Source: a virus
Reading direction: 5' to 3' (one strand)
DNA: 64,000 bases
IMG/VR virus record: IMGVR_UViG_3300024520_000049
Coordinates: 110,596-174,595 of that record
This document shows positions 37,923 to 48,971 of this stretch, one piece after another (the stretch's first letter is position 1; the number at the start of each line of letters is the position of its first letter). Made by a program: the position numbers and the translations under genes. The notes under the pieces are model-generated. The model was given only the letters and a program-made list of their open reading frames with translations, was not told where the DNA came from and searched no databases.

Positions 37923-40900
37923 ATGCAGTTAATTCGACGAAGAGTAGAAGTGAAGGAGCGTGCCATCCAGAGATCGTCGGCCAGGATCTCAGAGGAGCAT
38001 GTGTATAAGGATTCGACCTGCGACGTCTTGCGGGCGTACCATATAAAACTTTACGAGGCGCTACACGCGGAAGCTCCAGCGCAGGCAGTTGATCCAAGAT
38101 CTTCTGCGACTGTGCTCCAACTGTCCGACCAATTACAGGACGATGCATGAAGAACGCTGTTATACATGCAGTGGTTATCACCCCAGGCGGGAGATCAGCC
38201 ACGATTATTGTGAGCCACCACGACCAATTCTGGGTGGGGCATGCGCAGAGACGAGAGCAGGAACGACAACTACTGGAGGCGCAATCTTATGAGGTTAAAG
38301 CAGCAAGTCACGCCCAAGGTTAACCAGCGAATGTACGCCAGCGACCTGGCGATCAATGGACTTTTTACACTGGAACTGTGGTCGAATCTCATTCACCCCG
38401 ACCGCCATCGCGAGGCGATACATGAGGAACTATACGATGAAGCTCGGACCGACAATGAAGTATGAGGTGTATCGGCAGGTCCAGGAAGGAGCCGCTGTCT
38501 GCGCACCCCCAGACCTGTTGTCTGGAGGACCGCACCCAGCCACGATGCGCCCCGGCGCTGTCTCAAGATATCTCCACCCGATCGCCAATCATGCCCATGA
38601 AATTGCGCACCAGCTGGGCGCGGAGCTATGGGACGGGGAGGTGCTGTTACGAGGTTGGGGCCGACTCGCCGAGACCACATCAAGGCAACTACCCGCCAGG
38701 GCTACGATTTAATCCCACGCACCAACAACGGTCACATTCACAGCATGCCGATCGGCAGCGTGGAGCTGATGGCGCAGGGACAGATTGACGGGATGATCTA
38801 TGAGATAGAGGACAAACTGCAGGAAGACGTAACAGGGAGGAGGGCAAATCTATGGCGATGAGATTAGGATACACGAGTGAGCGCGGCCGTATACAAGAGG
38901 ATCCCCGCCACCGCGTCTCGATGGCGTGCCACCAGGCGGATAGGCGTCTACTTAATGGTGCCTCTTTGGCGCCCCTCTTCTCCATACTGCTGCAGGATGT
39001 GCGGGATGCTGCTAGAGATCAGCTGCTTATCGATGTCGCGCCAAAGCCCAGGGACTGGAACGGGCAGGTGCTCCTGTGAAGTTGGGAGAGTCCGCAGGGA
39101 AGACAATAACGCAGCTGTGCTTTGACTCGCCCGCCAGCAACGCCGTCATCATGCACGATGCTGCCACGGTGGATAGGTGGAGAAGGTTGGCATTCCCAGC
39201 ACCACTGTTCCACCCAATCACAAATAGCCAAAGCGGCCAACTAGAGGAGGACGCCAAATGAAGATAGAGACAGACAAGTTTATACGTCAGCGCCTCCGCC
39301 TCTATGCGGAGTTGCGCAAGAACGTGATAGCGCCGTATGGCTTTGCGGTGTTCAACGAGGTCGCTACCGAGTTCGGCGCTTTCCGCACCCCAGGTACACA
39401 ACCATTAAGACAATTGCTCCACCAGCTAGTTTGGGAGGGTATGTAATGAGATTAACCTGCCCACAGAAGGGCCTGATCGATCGCAACCTTAAGGACCATA
39501 TTTTCAGCGGGATAATAATAGGGGCGGGGCCGCTGTTCACGAGGAAAACGAACCCGCAGCGATTCTTCGATTCAACGGGCGGCCGTCACGTAGGGGACGT
39601 TATCGCTACCGAGATCCGCCGCCGAAACTAAAGGATTAAAACTAATGCAAATCAAGGCTGTGCCCACCTCGGAGCTCCGCAACCGCTCACTGCGCGCCGA
39701 GGATTATCTACACGCAGCAAAGCGTGCGAAGATGGGGCGGTACATTGCTCGGCTGGAGGCGCAAAGAGATAACATAAACAAGAAGCGGCGATCGATTTTC
39801 GACTGCTGCTGGAGGTGACAGGTGAAGGTTAGCCATATGGATATGTGCCAGCACGAGGTGCGGGACTGTAAGATGATAGCCGCCCACACAGCTATTAGAG
39901 CCGCGCGCCCAAGCCAGTACAGCCGAGAGCTTCTGCTGGTTCGGGATGACCTTCACCCCCAGCTTAATGCGGTAATGGACCAAATCGAGGAGGACGCATG
40001 AAGGTTGAAAGATCAATACGCAAACACCTCGGACACGCGGGGCTAAACGCCCGTGTAGGCGCAATCGCCGTTGACGCTGCCCAGAAGAAGTACTCCCCGC
40101 AACCCCCAGGCCTTCTGATACTGGCGCTAACGATTGAGCAAGAGGTAAGGCGAGGGATTAAAGATGAAGGTTAAACATGTAAACCAGTGTCGCCACAAGG
40201 TTTGGCACCCTGTAGAGGGGTTAGCACGCTTCGCTATCAGAGGTCGCGTCAGCAACCAAAGCTATACCAAGCTGGTGGTGGAGCTCATCCAGGAGGTGTT
40301 ATCTCCTGACCTAATACGAATAGTCGCCGATCAACTCGAGGAGGATGCCCGTGAAGTGTAAGCTAGGCAGCTCAGTACAGCGTGCAGCCAGCCAGGCCTC
40401 GTCGGTCACCCACATTACTTACCCACACTTTGAGGGCCTGGACGAGGAGCTCTGGTGGTTAACCTTGGCAAGACTTGTCAACAACCACAAGGATGGGATG
40501 ATAACCCGAACACCTGAGCAGCTACGCCTACGCGCCCAGCTGACGGATGACTGGAGGCGGTACCCATGCCAGCTATCTCACGCCTATGGGTTTCTTCCAG
40601 ATCACGGGTAAGTCAACAAGGGCATAACGCTGCCCACCGGGCCGTGGACCGCGCCGTCGCCGACGAGGCCTGGGAGAAAGTCTCCAAAGGCATCCCCCAC
40701 GTTACTGCCGACAACCGCGAAGACATTCGCAAAGCGCTGACGGATGACTGGAGGCGGTACCCATGACAACCATTTCACGCCGATGGCTGCCTGTCAAAGT
40801 ATGGGTAGACAGCCATAACCGCAACGGCCTTCAGGAGCGCGTAGCCATCGCTGTAGCCGAAAGCTCCTGGATAGCCGCTGCCGAAGGTATTGCTATGCGC

Positions 40901-43196
40901 GGGATCGGGCACACCATCGCGGCTAATCGCCACGAGGCGCTGGCGCAGATGGGGGCGGATTGGGGTCACGCGGAGGACTGGGAATGAAGCTGGGCGATCA
41001 GGCGACGACGACCTACGGCCCCTCCTCAGAAGTTTATGTTGCGGTACGAGCCAGTTGGGGGCCGACCCTCAAGACGAGCCCTGGCCTGTTACTGAGTCTT
41101 GTCATAGGAACCAACCTCATAAATGAGGTGCAGCACGCCATCCTCGATGACACACACCTGGAGGACACATGAAGTTGAGTGAGACTGTTACAAAAGCTGG
41201 ACGCAAGCTGAACCACTCAGTGCATTACTCGGTACACGTTGAGGTCACCCATAAGCCTAATCGGTGTACACGCCACCACGATCTGCGAGATCACTACGCA
41301 GAGCTCGCGTTGCATAATGTGGTCGTATGGCGCGGTGTGCGTGAGCAATTAAAGGAGGACACATGAAGTTGAACAGCGTGATGCTCGAGCTCGGCCGACC
41401 CGAGGTGAAGCTCAGGCGCAAATTAGTAGGTGGCCAGATCGACCTGCTGGCTGATCACGAACTGTGGAGCCTGGATGAGATAGAGACCATCATATGGGCG
41501 ATAATGGAAGAATCGACCTACTACTACGACAAGCACCCCATCTGGGCGGAGGAGGACCAGCCATGAGAATAGCTAAAGAGAAAAGCGGGCTTCTCCGCAG
41601 TTGTGCCCGATCCCGTGCACGCCAAGGCGTGCACCGGGCGGTAAAACACACGATCGATACACCATCCCTAGTCGTGAGAGTCTGGTCCGGGGATGGCTTG
41701 TCTCGCCAGCCGCTCCTGCGCCAGATACGCGATGACGTTGTTGCTGACTACCCGCGTCTTCGCCGCATCAGCGGCGGGGGGAACTCAGTATGAAGCTGAA
41801 ACCAGTAATACGCGAGGACATCCGCAGAATCCGCCCCGCCAATGACGCGGTACCCCGGGTAAAACGGAGACCACCATGGACGAGGCAGGCAGCGGTGCTG
41901 AAGTATATAGGCAGTACCGAGAGCTCCAGGTACGCAGTGATGGCTGAGGTCTGCATCGATATAAAGAGGGATAGCCTATGAAGTTGAAATCAGCGAAGCT
42001 CGGGGGCGGCTTGCGGCTTCGCTCCTCCAGTCACATCTGGGTACGTACGAAGCCGATCGGCCCGACGCAGTGGTGGCGCGTAAAGGACAGGCTGATGCAT
42101 AGCGAGCCCTGGCCAAGCACCTTCCATGCTGTAGAGCTGGTGCTTGACGCAGCGATCGGCCAGATGTGGGCCGACGCCGAGGAGGACGCATGAAGCTGAA
42201 ATCAGTGAAGCTTGATGCGGGGAAGCAGCTCCGCAGCTTCTACGTGGGCGGCACACCACACAACGTGCCGGAGGAACTTTGGCAGTCCTGGCAGCATACA
42301 CGAACCCATCTCGCTCAGGTTATCATAATGGGGCCGGGAGGGCAGCCATACCATATGATGAACAACCAGATGTGGGTAGACTGGAAGGGGGATGCATGGC
42401 AATGAAGCTGATATCAGTGGTGCAAAGGGTGAACTATGGTGCCATACGCAATGTCCCAGACCTAGAAGAGGACCTTACACTAATTACGCAAACACGCGGA
42501 GAGTTCATGCCCCCAGCGGCTCTGCGTATCGCCCTGCAATCCCGCAATGGGGTGTGGGACCAGATGCGAGCGGATTGCTGGGGGTGGGAGATACGATCAT
42601 GAAGCCGATACCTGTAAAAACAAGAGTTAGCGGAGGCCAGATGAAAGCGAAACTCAGATACCCCTTGCGCAGAGATGTACCCAGGTCAGCAATACGCGAA
42701 GCATTTGTCCGCCACCCAAGCGCCTGCTTAGTTGTGCACGTGTCCAATGCGGTGGCTACTCAGGTGTTCGTCGACACCTGGACGTGGCTATGACGTCTGC
42801 ACGATGTAAAGTCGGGCTGCACTGGCTCGGCACCAAAGCTGAGAAGGCCATGCCTCGTAACGCCGTTGAACTGTGGATCCTGGCCCGCAGAAAGACAGGA
42901 GTCGATCAGCAACGAGCACTGGTGCTGCCTGATCCGGTGCTCGGCCAACTACACGACGACTGGAAGAAGGACACACCCCCATGAAGGTAACAAGGAGCAC
43001 ATCCAGGCGCAGAGCGGTCAACTGCCCGTTCCAGGCTCTGGGCATCAGCTCTCAGGCCAAGGACCTGGTGGATGAGGATTTATGGTGGCTCGTCAAGTAC
43101 AAGCTACAGCCAGGCCCGTGGGTTGGCGTAAGCCGAGAAGGAGACAGTATCAAGACGGAAATCGAGCTTGATAGTCATAAAAATTCACCTATATAG
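37923..43196 (+). repeat. main tandem micro-gene array (~27 coupled ORFs of ~58-90 aa)
   Basis: Starts at 37923, 38147, 38289, 38437, 38628, 38858, 39076, 39258, 39446, 39645, 39822, 39998, 40164, 40351, 40566, 40763, 40984, 41169, 41363, 41563, 41790, 41978, 42190, 42402, 42599, 42790, 42981; recurring junction GAGGAC-N2-3-ATGAAG. Confidence 0.8.
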
Positions 43197-43314
43197 GTGC
43201 AAGAAATGCAGGTGGGGAGAAATAGGAGGACCCCCCTCAGGTAGTGGTAATAGTTAAAAAGTGGGTCTAGATTAGAGGCCTCAACAACACAAACAAACGG
43301 ACAAGGAGAAGAGA

Positions 43315-43656
43315 ATGGCGAAACAGAAGATCTACCGTCAAGGCGACGTGCTCGTCGTTGCACTGGACGAATTCCCTAAGGGAGTTGACAGCAGCAAGAT
43401 GAAGAAGTACAACCACGCCGATCAGCTGGTGCTTGCCTATGGCGAGACCACTGGCCACCACCACACCGTGGTAGGTAACAGCAAGGTGGCCGAAGCGCTC
43501 AAGGAAGAGTACGGAGAAGACATCTTCTTCGAGCTGGATAAGCCCAGCGCACTCACCCATGATGAGCATGACACCGTGGAACTTCCAGCAGGGAAGTACC
43601 AGAAGGTGCAACAGCAGGAGTACTCTCCTGACGCATACCGGGACGTGCGCGACTAA
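43315..43656 (+). CDS. conserved His-rich 'RQGD' protein (usual DUF6745 neighbour)
   Basis: YRQGDVL..VLAYGETTGHHH..LTHDEH..LPAGKY..QQEYSP..RDVRD; SD AAGGAG. Confidence 0.85.
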   Translation: MAKQKIYRQGDVLVVALDEFPKGVDSSKMKKYNHADQLVLAYGETTGHHHTVVGNSKVAEALKEEYGEDIFFELDKPSALTHDEHDTVELPAGKYQKVQQQEYSPDAYRDVRD

Positions 43657-43674
43657 GTTTCTCGCCAGACCCGT

Positions 43675-43716
43675 GGGCCAGCAACCATTCTTCAGGTTGC
43701 TGGCCCTTTTTATTTT
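43675..43716 (+). terminator. intrinsic terminator
   Basis: GGGCCAGCAACC-ATTCTTCA-GGTTGCTGGCCC-TTTTTATTTT. Confidence 0.85.
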
Positions 43717-43793
43717 CAGCAGGGTATATGTGAGCATTTAGCCTGTGAAACCTACTTAAACGATAACATGTAAACACTTAGCGAGGAGGGCAT

Positions 43794-43997
43794 ATGAAGC
43801 CACGAGGATACAAAGAACAGACGGGTATCCCCTGCTGCGCCAACTGCGTGTTCGGAGGATACCTGGGCGCCCAGGAGCAGCCAGAGCGCATGGCCATCTG
43901 TGAGGTCATGGGCGAGTGTGAGTCCGGAGCCTACTCGGATATCGCCGTCGAGCCGCTGGGCATTTGCGACGCCTGGAACAGCAGAGCTGGCACATGA
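43794..43997 (+). CDS. small Cys-rich protein
   Basis: CCANCVF..C..GICDAW; SD GAGGAGG. Confidence 0.6.
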   Translation: MKPRGYKEQTGIPCCANCVFGGYLGAQEQPERMAICEVMGECESGAYSDIAVEPLGICDAWNSRAGT

Positions 43998-45707
43998 AGC
44001 TGGGTGAGCGTATGCCCGGCGCCCTCTTCGAGGTAGACCAGAAACTCCAGGAGCTATCTGCCACCCGCAGCATCAAGCGCTATGTGGCTGAGGCTATAGA
44101 CGGTACAGGCGACGAGGCTCTTGAGGACGAGTACTGGAGCATCTCATTAGCGATCGATTTCATTGAGGATCAGATAGAGGAGGACATATGCAACTAAAGA
44201 GTGTTGTCGAGCAGGTGAGCAGCACCAAGAGCTTCCCAGCGCTGTCTGATCACGTAGACACAGGCCCACGGGTAGTGGTGATCGCGAGTATGGGTAACGG
44301 TGGTTGGGATGTAGCGAGGGAGACACGCGCAGAGATCTCCCGCCAGGTGCGGAAGGAGGACATATGAAGCTGGGCTACGCAGTCTTCGCACAGGTTCGCC
44401 ATAAGCTCAGCAACGCCGCTTGCGATTGCCTACTGCAGGAAGGCATGGCGATCGATATGGCTAATGAGTGGAGAGCGCCACGGGCAGGGACGACCATCAC
44501 AGAGAATCACATCGAGGACCAACTAGCGGAGGATGCATGAATAGCGTTATTAAACAGGTAACGGGGCAAGTCATCCCTGCGGGCATCCCGGAGATGATCT
44601 CTATGTATGTGGAGACGCAGCTCGTCGAGGAGCTTGCTGAGCCGGTTCAAGCCGCCACCCTCTTCACTGCGGAGATCGCTACTGAGGTAATTCTTAAGCA
44701 ACGCGGCACGTGGGGCTGGCACGCATGAAGCTGGGAGACATGCAGCTTTTCGGCGGGGTGTGCAAGCTCCGCCCTGCGCCTAGCGACTTCCTAGATAGCC
44801 AGGTGTGCCCTGTCCCATGGGCAACCACGATCAGGGCTATGCGCATCAAAGTATGGCGCGCCCACACACCGTTCCGCGAGGCAGAAGCTGATCAACTGCG
44901 GGAGGACGTATGAAGCTTAGCAATCATGTCTCGGTGCAGGTCCGCCAAGAGCGTAGCACGGGTGCTTGCGAGACCCTCCTTCAACGCAGTAGCGCGGTAA
45001 CTATGACGAGTAAGTGGGCCGCCCGGCGGACGTTCACCGCTACCATAGAGAGACACATCAATGACCAACTGAAGGAGGACACATGAAGCTGATTAGCACA
45101 CGGCGCCGCAGTGATAAGAAGTTAGAGCTCTATATGAAGCCACGCATCTATACGCAGCTAGGGCATCGGGCATGGTCGAAGGTTCTCGCTACCATACCCG
45201 ATGGCTGCCCCTCTCATCGAATAAGGAGAGATGCTCAAGTACACCACGGGACCCGTGATAGGCCGAACAACACACTCAAACGACAGCTGGAGGCGGACAT
45301 GCTATGAAGATAGGAGCACCAGCACGGAAGGCTATCAAGTCAACCATCTGTCGCGGGCTGTGGACGACCGCCAAACTGAGCGTTTACCATAAAGGGAAGA
45401 CGGGCACGCTGGCACTGGGCCCGATGAGCGATGATCCCGCGACCGCCTTGTTGCAGGCAGTCTTGAGCGCCCCAATCCTGCAGCTAGAGGAGGATGTATG
45501 AAGATGATGTCCGTTAACCAGCCAGTCAGGTACAATCTGGCCCACAGGGTGTACGAAGACACCTCACAGCATATACCCTGGGGAGGGTCAACACCCGCAT
45601 TCTCCCCAGTACCAGCACTCAGCCAAGCACTTGGCTGGATATCTGAGGGGATTAGACATGAGTTCAAATATAAAGGAAAGGATAATGAGAGCAGAAAGCA
45701 CAAGTAA
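43994..45707 (+). repeat. micro-gene array, second block (9 ORFs)
   Basis: Starts 43994, 44188, 44364, 44537, 44725, 44910, 45083, 45304, 45498; ends DQIEED, DQLAED, DQLRED, DQLKED, LQLEED. Confidence 0.8.
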
Positions 45708-46125
45708 ATGGACTTACCTCGGTGAGCCCGGTGGCCGTGGAGGCCATCATGACGACCAGCTGCGGTTCGCCCGCAACAATGAGAGCGGAGAGCTGTATCT
45801 CTTCGACCGCAGCGGGGAGAACCCCGACCTTACAGACGACGCGCCCTGCCGGGTGCTGATACACAAGCCCATCACAATCGCATCTGGCGCCGGCAAAGGT
45901 AGCAAAGAGATCCACTGCCGCGTGTCGGTTATGGTAGAGGATCCAGAGCCCGGGATCTATGCAATGCCCATTCACTACGAAGCTGCCATGTGGCTGCACG
46001 AGACCCACGAGACACGGATCCTGCCAGCGGAAGGCGACAAGCGCATCCTGCGTATGCTTCGCCTCTTCCAGCTGGTATCGGTGCCGCTCACGCCTGAGGA
46101 GGAGGGTATCTTTGATGAAGACTAA
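45685..46125 (+). CDS. hypothetical protein
   Basis: ORF interrupting the array. Confidence 0.6.
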   Translation: MRAESTSKWTYLGEPGGRGGHHDDQLRFARNNESGELYLFDRSGENPDLTDDAPCRVLIHKPITIASGAGKGSKEIHCRVSVMVEDPEPGIYAMPIHYEAAMWLHETHETRILPAEGDKRILRMLRLFQLVSVPLTPEEEGIFDED

Positions 46126-46338
46126 CCCGATAGATAAACAAAAGGCAGCCAATCGCCGGCATAAGCGCCGGCTAAGAGAGTCTGCAGAAGTCACCGCCCG
46201 CGCGACTGCATCTGCTGAAGTCACTGCCCGCCTGATGCAGCTGCTGGCCAACAAAGGCCTGGTAACGGCTGAGGAGATCGTGCAGGTAGCGAATGGCCAG
46301 TCTCCTAAGGAGCTGGGCTACTCCGACTGCGGGCTAGT

Positions 46339-47402
46339 ATGACCAGCGTGAAATATGAAGTGCTCCGCCAGGTGATGGACTCAGTGTGGGCCCAGGTGAT
46401 AGCCCCGGCAGACTGCCTTGTGGTAGCCCGGCTACGCCAGCAAGCGCAGCCGAAGGTGCAGCTGCGAGTTCGAGCTCAGGTGAGCGGCGCAGTGTGGGAG
46501 CAACTAGAGGAGGACGCCCATGAAGCTGGCTAGCGCGCGAGAACGGGTAGATGACCTGGTGTTGGACCGAGTGCACTTGACCATGTGTGCACAGGTAGTC
46601 TGCCTTATCGGACACCCGGCGTGGCCGCAGGCGGACGCTCTGGTGAGCCATGCTCTGCTGCGCCGGCTGGAGGATCAATTAAAGGAGGATCACGATGACT
46701 AACGTATCAGTTAGAGTTGACGAGCGAGTGAGCACACAGCTTTACGCCCGCTCACGGAGACACGTGAATTCCTACGTTCGCCTGCAGCCCCGGGATGCTG
46801 TGCACTGGCAGACCTTCGTCGAAGTACACCCCCGCTTGCGGGTCAGCGTGTGGGGCCAGGTGTGGGACCAACTGGATGAGGACATCGATGATTAACGTAT
46901 CAGCTGAAGTACAGCTTCGAGTTCGTGAGCAGCACTGGAGCTCAGTACACCTCCAGGCGTGGCGCGGCACGTGGGATCGTGTGCACCGCCAAGTGGAAGA
47001 TCAGGTGTATACCTCACTTCATACCCAGGTGGCATTCCACGTTGAGCGCCAACTCGGGAATCAACTAACGGAGGACATCGATGATTAACGTATCAGCTGA
47101 AGTGTACGATCGAGTACGACGACAGCGGTGGGCCTCCACGCATCGTCAAGCGTGGTGTCACACGTGGGGGCGTGTGCATCACCGCGTGGAGGATAAGGTG
47201 TACCGCGCTATTGCTGCGGATGTGCATCTTCAGGTGCAGGATCGAATGTGGGACCAACTAGAGGAGGACGCTGATGATTAGCAAAGATACTTACGTCCGC
47301 GGCCAGGTGCATAATCTAGTGTGGGCTATAGCAGCCCACCACGTAGCTAAGGCTACACATACTTCGGTGGAGGACCAAGTGATTGACCAGATGCAAGGGT
47401 AG
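46339..47402 (+). repeat. micro-gene array, third block (6 ORFs, Trp/Gln/Val-rich)
   Basis: Starts 46339, 46520, 46695, 46888, 47081, 47274; ends WEQLEED, WDQLDED, WDQLEED. Confidence 0.8.
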
Positions 47403-47457
47403 AGTAGGTAAGAGTACCAAGGATTAGTGAGACCAGACCAACACACGAAGGACGAAA

Positions 47458-47661
47458 ATGATTGAGAAGTTCGGACACGCGATCACGAACTCAGCAGACA
47501 CCCGTGTCGCAGTCAAGATGATTGCGGAGCAGCACGTGATGGAGGATTGCGGCTTCATCCCCACCATTCAGGACTGGACTACCCCGATGGGCAAGACCCC
47601 TGAGAGCTGGATGCTGCGCGTGCACACAACCACAGTACTAGCGTTGGAGGTAGAAGAATGA
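47458..47661 (+). pseudogene. DUF6915-like protein, C-terminal half only
   Basis: FGHAITNS..VAVKMIAEQHVMEDCGFIPTIQDW matches the second half of DUF6915 as I recall it; the His-rich N-half is absent. Confidence 0.5.
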
Positions 47662-48083
47662 CTATACAGCCATTAAGTAAAGAGATACACCAGATGGCGC
47701 TGGACATGGGCGTCCTACAGCTGCGGCTGCAATTCTCTGGGGGTAGTGACGAGGGTTTTCTGAACGTAGAGTCCGCACCGTGGCTGTATCACTCGGTGTG
47801 CCGCACCTGCCGGAGGGCGGGCCAAAAGTCTGATCGTGGCTATGTTTGCATACATTGTGATGAGGTTATTAGCTACCCGCACAAACCACGAGACTTCTAC
47901 GAAGCTGTGGAGGAGTGGGCCTGGAAGGTATACTCCTATGGCGGCGCTGGCGCCGGTGAGGACTATGGTGATGACATCACCTATAACCTGGAGAATAAGA
48001 CAATGGAGCATCAGCGCTGGACGGAGGGGCGCGTCTACCACGACGAGACAGAGGAGAAGCTGGAGGTAGCGGATGCTGATTAG
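47658..48083 (+). CDS. DUF6878-like hypothetical protein with inserted Zn ribbon
   Basis: LQFSGGSDEG, CRTC..CIHC, YSYGGAGAGEDYGDDITYNL. Confidence 0.55.
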   Translation: MTIQPLSKEIHQMALDMGVLQLRLQFSGGSDEGFLNVESAPWLYHSVCRTCRRAGQKSDRGYVCIHCDEVISYPHKPRDFYEAVEEWAWKVYSYGGAGAGEDYGDDITYNLENKTMEHQRWTEGRVYHDETEEKLEVADAD

Positions 48084-48300
48084 CGAAGACACCTACGTAC
48101 GAGCCCAGGTGAACAACACACCCTGGGCTCGGGCGAGCTGGCACGCTCGCACTGGCACCGCTAGCACTGTTTGCCATCATGTGGAGCTCCAGCTGCAGGA
48201 CCAGGCTGCGCAGATATATGCGCTACGTGATACAATCCGTGAACGCGTGCAGGACCAAATAGAAGAGGATCAACTAAAGGAGAACGAAGATGGCGATTGA
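48073..48300 (+). CDS. micro-gene array member
   Basis: MLISEDTYVRAQV...QDQIEED; paralog of the 47274 ORF. Confidence 0.65.
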   Translation: MLISEDTYVRAQVNNTPWARASWHARTGTASTVCHHVELQLQDQAAQIYALRDTIRERVQDQIEEDQLKENEDGD

Positions 48301-48557
48301 ACCAGTAGACGTTGACCGATGCCAGGGGGAGAGCAGGCCCGGGGCGTTCGCCCTCGGCCCGAACACCTTCCGCCGTTGCGGCCGCCTCCCCACAGCCATT
48401 GTGCTTGAGCGCGAGGATGGCGAGGACGGCCACAAGGGCAGCATGTCCCTCTGCGAGCACTGCCTGCCTATTATGCAGGACATGACGAATGTGCCGGTGG
48501 ACGTGATCCACATCAAGGAGCGGGGGGTTAGTGAAGTGTTAAAGAAGGAGAAGAACA

Positions 48558-48971
48558 GTGGATGAGAAATTAGAAGAAGCGAAGAAGACTGAGCTCCACT
48601 CGTGGGCGCAGACGCTGGTCATGGACTTCCAGCGCCTCGCTGAGATGGGGATGAATTACCTGGCTCTGGGCTTCGGTGATCCGAAGACGGGCGAGGAGTA
48701 CGAGGTGATCGTACAGCGCAAGAGCGGGCGCACCCCTGCGGACAAGGTCACAGCGCTACAGGCTGAGGTTGACCGGCTACAGCAGGGATTGGAAGGCGCG
48801 ATCAACAGGCTTGAGACGATACGCGAGACAGAGTCGAGATTCATGCTGGACCGGGACATTGAGAGCTACAAGGCAGCTTTGTGCCCCACGCATCTCTCCG
48901 CTGCAGGCGAGTGCGCCTACATGCACGTACCCGACAAGCACTGCGTGAAGTGCGGCAAGGTCGGTCTCTGA
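48558..48971 (+). CDS. hypothetical protein (coiled coil + Cys tail)
   Basis: SD AAGGAG. Confidence 0.55.
   Translation: MDEKLEEAKKTELHSWAQTLVMDFQRLAEMGMNYLALGFGDPKTGEEYEVIVQRKSGRTPADKVTALQAEVDRLQQGLEGAINRLETIRETESRFMLDRDIESYKAALCPTHLSAAGECAYMHVPDKHCVKCGKVGL

Noticed and set aside
37923-47402. CRISPR array or integron cassette array
   Set aside because: Junction repeats are degenerate, non-palindromic and coding, units are ~190 bp, and no attC-like inverted repeats, cas gene or integrase are visible in the window.
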